Assembly (NCBI GenBank): GCA_035627075.1 | Contig: DASPMK010000349.1 | Coordinates: forward strand, 1-36,730 | Source of the DNA: Azospirillaceae bacterium | Lineage (GTDB): Bacteria > Pseudomonadota > Alphaproteobacteria > Azospirillales > Azospirillaceae | Reading direction: 5' to 3' | DNA length: 36,730 nt | Part shown: positions 10,774 to 18,741 of the stretch, piece by piece | Numbering within the stretch: the first letter of the stretch is position 1 | Layout of the letters: each line of letters begins with the position of its first letter | Translations under genes and position numbers: made by a program | The notes under the pieces: model-generated | The model's database searches: none | Told to the model about the DNA's origin: nothing | The model's input: only the letters and a program-made list of their open reading frames with translations

Positions 10774-11114
10774 AGAAGAGGGGCATAATGAACGCATCGT
10801 CGCCATTGGACGGCGCAATTGGATGTTCGCCGGCTCCGATGCCGGGGGTGTCCGGGCGGCGGCGATCTACACGCTGGTGGAAACCGCCAAGCTTAACGGC
10901 CTCGATCCGCAGGCGTACCTGCGGGCGGTGCTGGCCCGCATCGCCTGACCGGCTGCGTCAATCCTCTCCCCCCGCAGTCGTCAGCCGACGCTTACTGCTG
11001 TTCGACTGGCGCAAAAAGACTTCCGCCCCCTTCAGCGCCTCGACCGCCGCCGTGTCGAACGCCGGGTCGTAGTGAACTTGCCCAGCAACCGGCTGATCAC
11101 CGGCAACGGCTGGT

Positions 11115-11313
11115 TCAGTTCGGCCGCCACGGCAGGCCCAACGCCCACCAGCCGCCAACTCCGCGATGCCCGGCCGCGTCGATCTGTCCTTCGAAGCCGT
11201 CGGCAATGTTGTAGGTGGCGTAACCATGCTCAACGAGAAGGACGCCAAGGGATTGGCGTCAGTCCGTCCCATGCCTCTTGCGGGCTGATATCGCCACCAA
11301 AATGTCCGGTCAC
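11115..11313 (-). pseudogene. rhodanese-like domain gene remnant (internal deletion plus frameshift)
   Basis: GTG 11313 gives MTGHFGGDISPQEAWDGLT... A second frame gives ...GVLLVEHGYATYNIADGFEGQIDAAGHRGVGGWWALGLPWRPN*. Only the N- and C-terminal rhodanese-like segments remain. Confidence 0.35.
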
Positions 11314-11493
11314 GAGCTCCTCAAATTAGCACTTTCGAAATGTTGAAACGAAGCGTCACGCCTTTCTGTATATGGCACATTCGGTTCGAGTAATGCATTT
11401 ATTTCTACAGAATTTATATATTTTACCTGCACCCTATCAACCGACGCGCCACATCCCTTGAACACCCGACTTAATTTTGATAATCGTAAAATT

Positions 11494-11859
11494 ATGGAAC
11501 AGAAACGCGCCATTGCGGCGTTGGCCGCCCTTGCCCAGGACTCCCGCCTTCAGGTGTTCCGCCTGCTCGTCCGCGCCGGATCCGATGGCCTGCCGGCCGG
11601 CGAGATCGCCGGACATCTGGGTGTACAGCCGGCCACGCTGTCCTTCCACCTGTCGCAACTCAGCCACGCCGGGCTGGTGGAGTCGCGTCGCGAGGGGCGC
11701 TCGATCATCTACAGCGCCGACATCGGCGCCATGAAGGGGCTGATGCGCTTCCTGCTGCATGACTGCTGCGACGGGCATCCGGAACTGTGCGGTATCCTGG
11801 ACCCGGCCGAACCGGCCGCCGCCTGCTGCCCGCCCGCGATCAAACCCAAGACGCTCTAA
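11494..11859 (+). CDS. arsR: ArsR/SmtB family arsenic-responsive repressor
   Basis: [26 protein letters not shown]...[30 protein letters not shown], with a C-terminal [11 protein letters not shown] cysteine cluster. It is the first gene of the ars operon and is preceded by an AT-rich region. No clear SD, so the start (ATG 11494 versus TTG 11458) is uncertain. Confidence 0.85.
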   Translation: MEQKRAIAALAALAQDSRLQVFRLLVRAGSDGLPAGEIAGHLGVQPATLSFHLSQLSHAGLVESRREGRSIIYSADIGAMKGLMRFLLHDCCDGHPELCGILDPAEPAAACCPPAIKPKTL

Positions 11860-11873
11860 AAGGGACAATCGGC

Positions 11874-12890
11874 ATGACGGTGCGCGTTGGCATCAACGGC
11901 TTCGGTCGCATGGGACGCCTGGCCTTCCGGGCAGCCCTTGGCAACCCGGATTTCGAGGTGGTGCATATCAACGAGGTGAAGGGCGGCGCCAAAGCGGCAG
12001 CCCACCTTCTGGAGTTCGACAGCGTGCATGGCCGTTGGCCGGTGCCGGTGGCGGCGGAGGAAAACCACATCCTTGTCGACGGTCGTCGCATCGGCTTTTC
12101 CGAGCACGCCCGCCCCGCCGATATTCCCTGGCGCGAGTTTGGTGTGGAGGTGGTGATCGAAAGCTCCGGCAAGTTCGTCACCACCGAGGCCAACCGCCCG
12201 CACTTCGACAACGGCGCGCGCAAGGTGGTGGTGGCCGCCCCGGTGAAGACGCCGGGGGCGCTCAACATCGTCATGGGCATCAACGACCACCTCTACCACC
12301 CGGCGGAACACCATCTGCTCACGGCGGCGTCATGCACCACCAACTGCCTCGCCCCGGTGGTCAAGGTGGTGTTGGAGGGGCTGGGCATCCGTCACGGCAT
12401 CATCACCACCATCCACGACGTCACCAACACCCAGGTGATCGTCGACGCCCCGCACAAGGATCTGCGCCGCGCCCGCTCGGCCCTGACCTCGCTGGTGCCG
12501 ACCTCGACCGGCTCGGCCACCGCCATCACCCTCATCTACCCCGAACTGAAAGGCAAGCTGAACGGCATGGCGGTGCGGGTGCCGCTGCTGAACGCCTCGA
12601 TCACCGACGCGGTATTCGAGGTGGCGCGCCCGACCACGGCGGAGGAGGTCAACGCCCTGTTCCGCACGGCGGCGGAAGGGCAGCTGAAAGGCATTCTGGG
12701 CTACGAGACCCGCCCGCTGGTGTCAGTTGATTTCCGCTCCGACACGCGCTCATCCATCATCGACGCACCGTCCACCATGGTCGTGGACGGCACCCAGGTG
12801 AAGGTCATCGCCTGGTACGACAACGAGATGGGCTACGCCCACCGGCTGGCCGAGCTGACCGCCAAGGTCGCCCGTTCGCTGGAGCGTTGA
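11874..12890 (+). CDS. glyceraldehyde-3-phosphate dehydrogenase, ArsJ-associated type
   Basis: 338 aa starting [15 protein letters not shown], with the active site SCTTNCLAP. The stop lies 3 nt before the arsJ ATG. Confidence 0.92.
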   Translation: MTVRVGINGFGRMGRLAFRAALGNPDFEVVHINEVKGGAKAAAHLLEFDSVHGRWPVPVAAEENHILVDGRRIGFSEHARPADIPWREFGVEVVIESSGKFVTTEANRPHFDNGARKVVVAAPVKTPGALNIVMGINDHLYHPAEHHLLTAASCTTNCLAPVVKVVLEGLGIRHGIITTIHDVTNTQVIVDAPHKDLRRARSALTSLVPTSTGSATAITLIYPELKGKLNGMAVRVPLLNASITDAVFEVARPTTAEEVNALFRTAAEGQLKGILGYETRPLVSVDFRSDTRSSIIDAPSTMVVDGTQVKVIAWYDNEMGYAHRLAELTAKVARSLER

Positions 12891-12893
12891 GCG

Positions 12894-14117
12894 ATGGCCG
12901 GCGTCCGCGACTACGCCATCGTCACGGCGGCCTATTGGGGCTTCACCTTGACCGACGGCGCCCTACGCATGCTGGTGCTGCTGCACTTCCACACACAGGG
13001 CTTCTCACCGTTCCAGTTGGCCTTCCTGTTCGTGCTCTACGAGTTCTGCGGCGTCGTCACCAACCTGCTGGGCGGCTGGATCGGCAGCCGCTTCGGCCTG
13101 CGCGTCACCCTGTTCGCCGGGTTGGCCTTGCAGATCGCCGCGCTGGTGATGCTGTCGTTGGTCGATCCCGGCTGGGCGGCGGCGCTGTCGGCCGCCTACG
13201 TGGTGACGGCCCAGGGCCTGGCCGGCATCGCCAAGGACCTGACCAAGATGTCCTCCAAGAGCGCCATCAAGGTGGTGGTGCCGCAAGACCGGTCGGGGGC
13301 GCTGTTCCGCTGGGTGGCGCTGCTGACCGGGTCGAAGAACGCGCTGAAGGGGGTGGGCTTCTTCCTCGGCGGCCTGCTGCTGTCCACCCTGGGCTTCATG
13401 CATGGGCTGTGGGTCATGGCGGCGGGGCTGGCGCTGGTGTTGCTGGCGGCCGCCATACTGTTGCGCGGCGATTTCGGCCGCTCCAAGGGCAAGGCCAAGT
13501 TCAACCAGCTTTTCGCCAAGAGCCGTGCCGTCAACCGGCTGTCGGCGGCGCGGTTCTTCCTGTTCGGCGCCCGCGACGTGTGGTTCGTGGTCGGCGTGCC
13601 GGTCTTCCTGCACGCCCAGTTGGGCTGGGGTTTTGCCGAGGTCGGCGGCTTCCTCGCGGCATGGGTGATCGGTTACGGCATCGTCCAGGCGGCGGCCCCG
13701 GCCGTCGTCAAGCGCTCCACCGACGGGGTGTCCAGCGAGGTCCGGGCCGCCCGTGGCTGGGCCCTAGCGCTGGCCCTGCTGCCGGCCGCCATCGCTCTGG
13801 CGCTTGCCAGCGGCCTTGATCCGGCGCTCAGCGTCATGGCCGGGCTAGGGCTGTTCGGCGTGCTGTTTGCCGTCAACTCCTCGGTCCACTCCTACCTGAT
13901 CCTGGCCTACACCGACGCCGACAAGGTGGCACTGAACGTCGGCTTCTACTACATGGCCAACGCCGGCGGCCGGTTGCTCGGCACGCTGCTGTCCGGCCTC
14001 ACCTATCAGTTCTGGGGCTTGACCGGGTGCCTCTTGACCACCTCCCTCCTGGTGCTGCTGTCCTGGCTCTTGACGCTGGGCCTGCCCCTGTCCGCCGCCA
14101 CGGTTCCTGCCGAATAG
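12894..14117 (+). CDS. arsJ: organoarsenical (1-arseno-3-phosphoglycerate) efflux MFS permease ArsJ
   Basis: 407-aa MFS protein: MAGVRDYAIVTAAYWGFTLTDGALRMLVLLHFHTQGFSPFQLAFLFVLYEF... Tightly coupled to the GAPDH gene, as in the published GAPDH-ArsJ arsenate-resistance pair. Confidence 0.85.
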   Translation: MAGVRDYAIVTAAYWGFTLTDGALRMLVLLHFHTQGFSPFQLAFLFVLYEFCGVVTNLLGGWIGSRFGLRVTLFAGLALQIAALVMLSLVDPGWAAALSAAYVVTAQGLAGIAKDLTKMSSKSAIKVVVPQDRSGALFRWVALLTGSKNALKGVGFFLGGLLLSTLGFMHGLWVMAAGLALVLLAAAILLRGDFGRSKGKAKFNQLFAKSRAVNRLSAARFFLFGARDVWFVVGVPVFLHAQLGWGFAEVGGFLAAWVIGYGIVQAAAPAVVKRSTDGVSSEVRAARGWALALALLPAAIALALASGLDPALSVMAGLGLFGVLFAVNSSVHSYLILAYTDADKVALNVGFYYMANAGGRLLGTLLSGLTYQFWGLTGCLLTTSLLVLLSWLLTLGLPLSAATVPAE

Positions 14118-14130
14118 CGAAAGGCTTGCC

Positions 14131-15204
14131 ATGTCCGCTGCTTCCGAAACCGAAACCCGAACCAGCGCCCGCCCCGGCCTCGGCGTTTTCGAGCGCTACC
14201 TGTCGCTCTGGGTGGCTTTGTGCATCGTCGGAGGAATCGGGCTGGGCCACCTGCTGCCCGGCCTGTTCGCCGTCGTCGCCGCCGCCGAGGTGGCCAAGGT
14301 CAACCTGCCGGTGGCGGTGCTGGTCTGGCTGATGATCGTGCCGATGCTGCTGAAGATCGACTTCGGCGCCCTGCATGAGGTCAAGGCGCACTGGCGCGGC
14401 GTCGGCGTGACGCTGTTCGTCAACTGGGCGGTCAAGCCCTTCTCGATGGCGCTGCTCGGCTGGCTGTTCGTCGGAACGCTGTTCCGGGGCATGCTGCCCG
14501 CCGACCAGATCGACAGCTACATCGCCGGGCTGATCCTGCTGGCGGCCGCACCCTGCACGGCGATGGTGTTCGTCTGGTCGAACCTGTGCGGGGGTGAGCC
14601 GCACTACACCCTCAGTCAGGTCGCGCTCAACGACATCATTATGGTTTTTGCCTTCGCCCCCATCGTCGGCCTGCTGCTGGGGGTGGCCTCGATCACCGTG
14701 CCGTGGGACACGCTGCTGCTGTCGGTGGTGCTGTACATCGCCATCCCCGTCGTCGCGGCCCAGGCGTGGCGCCGTGGCCTGCTGGCGTCCGGCGGGGCGA
14801 TGACGCTGAAGCGTGTCCTGGACCGTCTCCAGCCGGTATCGCTGGTAGCGCTTCTGGCGACGCTGGTCCTGCTGTTCGGGTTCCAGGGCGAACAGGTCCT
14901 GGCGCAGCCGCTGGTGATCCTGTTGCTGGCCGTGCCGATCCTGATCCAGGTCTACCTCAACGCCGGACTGGCCTATTGGCTGGCGCGACGATTCGGCGTG
15001 GCGTGGTGCGTGGCGGCGCCCGGTGCCCTGATCGGCGCCTCCAACTTTTTCGAGCTGTCGGTGGCGGCGGCGATCAGCCTGTTCGGCCTGCACTCCGGCG
15101 CGGCGCTGGCGACGGTGGTCGGCGTGCTGGTGGAGGTGCCGGTGATGCTGAGCGTCGTGCGCCTCGTTACCCGCACGCGCGACTGGTACGAAGCGGCCCA
15201 CTGA
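14131..15204 (+). CDS. acr3: ACR3 family arsenite efflux transporter
   Basis: 357 aa with GVFERYLSLWVALCIVGGIGLG, NLPVAVLVWLMIVPMLLKIDF and LLAAAPCTAMVFVWS. Confidence 0.93.
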   Translation: MSAASETETRTSARPGLGVFERYLSLWVALCIVGGIGLGHLLPGLFAVVAAAEVAKVNLPVAVLVWLMIVPMLLKIDFGALHEVKAHWRGVGVTLFVNWAVKPFSMALLGWLFVGTLFRGMLPADQIDSYIAGLILLAAAPCTAMVFVWSNLCGGEPHYTLSQVALNDIIMVFAFAPIVGLLLGVASITVPWDTLLLSVVLYIAIPVVAAQAWRRGLLASGGAMTLKRVLDRLQPVSLVALLATLVLLFGFQGEQVLAQPLVILLLAVPILIQVYLNAGLAYWLARRFGVAWCVAAPGALIGASNFFELSVAAAISLFGLHSGAALATVVGVLVEVPVMLSVVRLVTRTRDWYEAAH

Positions 15205-15217
15205 ACCGGATGGGAGG

Positions 15218-15478
15218 ATGGCTATGGGCATGATCACGCAGGCCCTGACCTCCTGGCGCAACCGGGAAAACCCGGATTTCCTGGACCGGGAGTGCTTTTG
15301 CGTCGCGGTGGTAATCCGTGTGTTCGCCCAAGCCGGCGCCCCGCCGCTCGGTTTCATCTTCACCGTCTGCGATCAGGCGGCGGGCGAAGCATGCCCGGTA
15401 TGGCCCGGCCAGCCGATGACGGCGCATTGGGGCGTCGACGATCCGGTGGCGTTCGTGGGCTCGGAGGAGAAGCGGCGG
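15218..15478 (+). pseudogene. arsC: decayed LMW-PTP-type arsenate reductase gene
   Basis: Retains ...FAQAGAPPLGFIFTVCDQAAGEACPVWPGQPMTAHWGVDDPVAFVGSEEKRR. The N-terminal CX5R P-loop region is absent. The middle part is readable only in other frames (AQPGKPGFPGPGVLLRRGGNP). Similarity ends about 40 nt before the palindromic repeat. Confidence 0.55.
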
Positions 15479-15518
15479 CTGGACGAGATCGGCCCCGGCT
15501 CCGAGATAGAGGTTGGCT

Positions 15519-15576
15519 CGGCGTTTGAGGGTTCAAAAAGTTCTGACCGGCGGTCAGAACTTTCTGAAACTGGTAT
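15519..15576 (+). repeat. 58-bp palindromic (REP-like) repeat, copy 1
   Basis: CGGCGTTTGAGGGTTCAAAAAGTTCTGACCGGCGGTCAGAACTTTCTGAAACTGGTAT. The inverted copy is at 34442-34500. Has a ~17-bp stem around a GGC loop. Confidence 0.7.
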
Positions 15577-15579
15577 TAC

Positions 15580-15787
15580 GCGTGATCTCCAGGTTTTCCG
15601 AGTAGGGCAGATTGGTTTCCACGGGATAGCCGCAAGCCGCCGCCATCATGGAATATCCGGAGCATTGCACCGCCTTGAAACCGACACGGGCGATGAGCAT
15701 GGCGCCCAGCGGGTCATAGGCGTCGGGCATCACCAGGGTTGGGCCGTTGTGAAGCCGGTTGCGCAAGGTCACGCCGGCCTGAAACAT
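15580..15787 (-). pseudogene. N-terminal ~70-codon fragment of an isocitrate lyase/PEP mutase family gene
   Basis: MFQAGVTLRNRLHNGPTLVMPDAYDPLGAMLIARVGFKAVQCSGYSMMAAACGYPVETNLPYSENLEITR. The reading frame then runs into the repeat and stops (family members are ~290 aa). Confidence 0.6.
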
Positions 15788-15843
15788 ATCGACCTTCCTT
15801 TGACCGAGGGGGCAACTTTGTCAGCGAGATGGCACCTTGCCAT

Positions 15844-16788
15844 TCAGTCGGATGTTGTTGCCAGAGCAAAGTCCATCGGCATCGCGGTCAGCCGCAGGCG
15901 CTCGCGCAGCCAATCGGCCAGCACGGCGGTGGCCCGGTTCGGCGTCTGCCCTTCGGCCCGGACCAGCCAGTAGCCGCAGGTCGAAGGGACACGGATCGGC
16001 ACCGGCGCCACCAGCCGGCCTTCCGCCAGATCGCGCTCCACCAGCAGCGAGCGGCCGAGCGCCACGCCGACCCCGGCCACGGCGGCACGGCACAGGCTGT
16101 TGCCCTCGTCGAAGCGGGGGCCGAACCGCATCCGCGCCGCCTCCAGCCCGGCGGCCTTCAACCAGTTCGACCAGCCGCTCGGGATGTCGTCCATCAGCAG
16201 GGTCACGCCGACCAGCGAGGCCGGATCGGCGGTGATGCCGTGGCGCTCGGCAAAGGCGGGGGTGCATACCGGCGACAGCATTTCGTTGGCCAGCAATTCG
16301 GCCACCACGCCGGGCCACCCGCCGCGCCCATAGCGCATCGCCAGGTCGATGCCGTCGCGCCGCAGGTCGGCCAGGGTCCGGCTGGCGTGGATGCGCAGGT
16401 CGATCTCGGGATACCGCGCGGTGAAGTCGGGCAGGCTCGGCGCCAGCCACAACGCAGCGACCGAGGGCAACAGCGACAACGTCACCTGATCCTCGCGCCG
16501 GCTCCGCGACAGCATGGCGTCGTTGGCGGCACGGATACAGTTCAGCCCCTCCGCCACATGGGCGAAGTAGTCCCGTCCGGCTTCCGTCAGATCCACATGC
16601 CGCCCGCGCCGGGTGAACAGCGGAACGGCGAACCATTCCTCCAGGGTACGGACGTGCCGGCTGACGGCGCTTTGCGTCAGCCGCAACTCCTCGGCGGCCT
16701 GGGTGAAGCTGCCCAGCCGCGCCGCCGCCTCGAACGCCCGCACGGCGGACAGCGACGGCTGGCCGGTCCTTGCATGAGTTGAAGTCAT
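15844..16788 (-). CDS. LysR family transcriptional regulator (GcvA-like)
   Basis: 314 aa: MTSTHARTGQPSLSAVRAFEAAARLGSFTQAAEELRLTQSAVSRHVRTLEEWF... Divergent from the permease gene. The 554-aa ORF in the track is an upstream read-through. Confidence 0.9.
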   Translation of the reverse strand: MTSTHARTGQPSLSAVRAFEAAARLGSFTQAAEELRLTQSAVSRHVRTLEEWFAVPLFTRRGRHVDLTEAGRDYFAHVAEGLNCIRAANDAMLSRSRREDQVTLSLLPSVAALWLAPSLPDFTARYPEIDLRIHASRTLADLRRDGIDLAMRYGRGGWPGVVAELLANEMLSPVCTPAFAERHGITADPASLVGVTLLMDDIPSGWSNWLKAAGLEAARMRFGPRFDEGNSLCRAAVAGVGVALGRSLLVERDLAEGRLVAPVPIRVPSTCGYWLVRAEGQTPNRATAVLADWLRERLRLTAMPMDFALATTSD

Positions 16789-16875
16789 GGAGAACCTCGC
16801 CTTTAGTCGTTTTGCCGCCGGTTCCAGCACCCTTAAGCTCATGGAACATTCTAACTCTGCCCTGCGAGGCCGTCC

Positions 16876-18075
16876 ATGAGCGACATTGCTGCCCAATGCC
16901 AGAAGGCCGCGCGGCCGCCCGCCACCATCGGCGCCCTGCTGTCTGTCCCGCTGCCCTTGGTGATGCTGCTCTCCGCCTTGGCCCTGGGCATCGCCGAAGG
17001 GCTGAGCGGCAAACCGCTGCTGCACGCCCTGGATGCCGGCTTCGGGGCCGCGCTGGCCGAATACGCGCTGATCCTGATCCCGGCCTTCGTCCTGGCCGCG
17101 TCCCTGTCGCGCGCGGGGGCGCAGGCCGGATCGGGGCGAGCCGTCATCCTGTTGGCTCCCCTGGCCGGGGCTGGCATGGCCTGCCCGGACACCGCCTATG
17201 CCGCGCTGTCCCCCGTAGCCGGCACGCACAAGATTTCCATGCTGTTCGGCGCCTATGCCGGCTTCAAGCTGCTGGTGCCGGCCGGACCGGCCATCGTGGC
17301 GACCGGGCTGGGCGGTTTCGACGTGCGGCTGGCGGTCGCGGCGGTGCCGGTGTTCTTCGTGGCGTGGTTCACCGGGCTGGCCTTCGCCCGCCGCTTCGAA
17401 AAGGGGACGTCCGACGAACGACCGGTGACGTCGGGCCGACTGAGCGGCCGCGTGATGGCGCCGTTGGCCACCATCATCGGCCTCCTGGCGCTGGGGCTTG
17501 TCCTGCAACAGTTGGGCGATCTGGCGCCGTTGCCGGCCTTTCTGGTGAGTCCCAAGGGCGCGCTGCTGGTGGCCGCCGTGGTGTCGTTGCTGCCCCTGTC
17601 GCGGGAGGACCGCGCGAGCGCGCTGGAGAGCGGCATGCGGCGGACGGCTCCGCTGCTGCTGACCATCGGCGCGGCGAGCGCCTTGGGTGCCATGCTGGTG
17701 GAAACCCTGCCGGTGTCGCGCTACGCCGACGCTCTCGTCTCGACCGGGCTGGTGCTGCCGGCGCTGTTCGTCTTCACGGCGACCTTCAAGGTGATGAAGG
17801 GCTCCTCCATGGCGACCTTCGCCGGGACGAGCGGCATCGTCGCCGCCTTGCTGCCGTCCTTGCAGGTGTCACCGGAAGCGGCAACCCTGGCCATGTGCGC
17901 CGGTGCCTTCGTCTCGATCACCCCGAACGACAGCCTGTACTGGCAGGTCCGGCAGGACGTCTTCGCCGGCCAGGATGAGGCGGCGGCGATGCGCGTCCTC
18001 ACCGTGGGATCGGCGCTGCAAGGTGGCGCTGCCCTGCTGGCGGTGTGCGCCATGCAGGCCTTGGGGCTGATCTGA
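16876..18075 (+). CDS. GntP-like permease
   Basis: 399-aa polytopic membrane protein. A C-terminal SITPNDSLYWQV resembles the GntP NDSGFW motif. A GAGG RBS is upstream. Confidence 0.65.
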   Translation: MSDIAAQCQKAARPPATIGALLSVPLPLVMLLSALALGIAEGLSGKPLLHALDAGFGAALAEYALILIPAFVLAASLSRAGAQAGSGRAVILLAPLAGAGMACPDTAYAALSPVAGTHKISMLFGAYAGFKLLVPAGPAIVATGLGGFDVRLAVAAVPVFFVAWFTGLAFARRFEKGTSDERPVTSGRLSGRVMAPLATIIGLLALGLVLQQLGDLAPLPAFLVSPKGALLVAAVVSLLPLSREDRASALESGMRRTAPLLLTIGAASALGAMLVETLPVSRYADALVSTGLVLPALFVFTATFKVMKGSSMATFAGTSGIVAALLPSLQVSPEAATLAMCAGAFVSITPNDSLYWQVRQDVFAGQDEAAAMRVLTVGSALQGGAALLAVCAMQALGLI

Positions 18076-18158
18076 TCTGTAACGTTTCAGCACCGGCTTG
18101 CGTCCAACGGATATCAGGCGCGGATCGGCCGCGCCGGCTTGAGGACGGGAGACGGGCA

Positions 18159-18647
18159 ATGCCCACCATAACGATGCTGGACAAGGAACTGGTGGCGGTG
18201 GCGATCTCGGTGGCGGCGGGGTGCCGGCCTTGCACCACCTACCACCTCGCCGAGGCGCGCCGCGCCGGGGCGGATGATGCCGCCATCGAGAAGGCGGTGG
18301 CCGGGGCAATGTGCGTGCGCAAAAGCGCCACCGAGGGCATGCGCCTCCATGCCCTGGGCCTGGAGGCGGCCGAGGACGGCTGCGGCTGCGGGACCACCGA
18401 CGCGCTGGCCGAGTTGGTCGCCCTGGGCGCCTCGCTGGCGGTCAACTGCACCGCCAATATCGACAAGCACCTGACCGCCGCGCGGCGCTTGGACGTGCCG
18501 CCGGAGCATCTCGATGCGGTGGCGGCCCTGGCGGGCAAGATCCGCTCCCAGGCAATCCGCCATGCCGAGGAGCCGTTCGGCGGCGGCCCGGCGCGCAGCC
18601 CCATGGCGTCGTGCGCCGAGGTGATGACGTCGGCCAAGTGCTGCTGA
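18159..18647 (+). CDS. carboxymuconolactone decarboxylase (AhpD-like) family protein, Cys-rich
   Basis: 162 aa from ATG 18159 with an AAGCRPCTTYH (CxxC...H) motif. Additional GCGCG motif and a C-terminal KCC. Confidence 0.7.
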   Translation: MPTITMLDKELVAVAISVAAGCRPCTTYHLAEARRAGADDAAIEKAVAGAMCVRKSATEGMRLHALGLEAAEDGCGCGTTDALAELVALGASLAVNCTANIDKHLTAARRLDVPPEHLDAVAALAGKIRSQAIRHAEEPFGGGPARSPMASCAEVMTSAKCC

Positions 18648-18741
18648 TCGACGCTTCCCTGAAACCCTGAGGTTTGACGGCGTCCGCACCCCGGTGCGGG
18701 CGCCGAAGGCCGTGTCCGAACTCCCGCAAAAGGGATTTAAG

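Larger units (their letters stand above)
8981..10948 (+). pseudogene. tnpC: IS66 family transposase TnpC, multiply disrupted
   Basis: ...CPCCGGTLH...RRPKYACRRCG, then a -1 shift near 9474 to TLHQAPAPDKPIAKGMATPAMLAHVL...FADDTPMP. A +1 shift in the C-run 9794-9796 follows (GRFWA|YARDDRPW). There is a 57-bp in-frame insert at 9842-9898, then ...LQVDGYAGFE...VEMDTNVVERAIRPVA. A 420-bp foreign insert (10385-10804) comes next, then IGRRNWMFAGSDAGGVRAAAIYTLVETAKLNGLDPQAYLRAVLARIA*. Confidence 0.85.
7898..10995 (+). mobile_element. IS66-family insertion sequence, decayed
   Basis: Imperfect terminal inverted repeats start with GTAAGCG: 7898 GTAAGCGTTGCGTGACGAC versus the reverse complement of 10977-10995, GTAAGCGTCGGCTGACGAC (16/19). 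Gene order is tnpA-tnpB-tnpC. The flanks (CATCCAAC / TGCTGTTC) show no 8-bp target duplication. Confidence 0.8.

Noticed and set aside
10996-11114. A minus-strand reading ...QVHYDPAFDTAAVEALKGAEVFLRQSNSS abutting the IS66 right end, considered as a gene fragment (e.g. Grx-type ArsC or the continuation of the IS5 transposase).
   Set aside because: No convincing motif is present. It does not continue the IS5 transposase sequence seen at the left flank.
11472-11494. Inverted repeat TAATTTT-N9-AAAATTA overlapping the arsR start codon, considered as a possible ArsR operator.
   Set aside because: It lies in a strongly AT-rich stretch where such short A/T palindromes can arise by chance. I cannot match it to a known ArsR operator.
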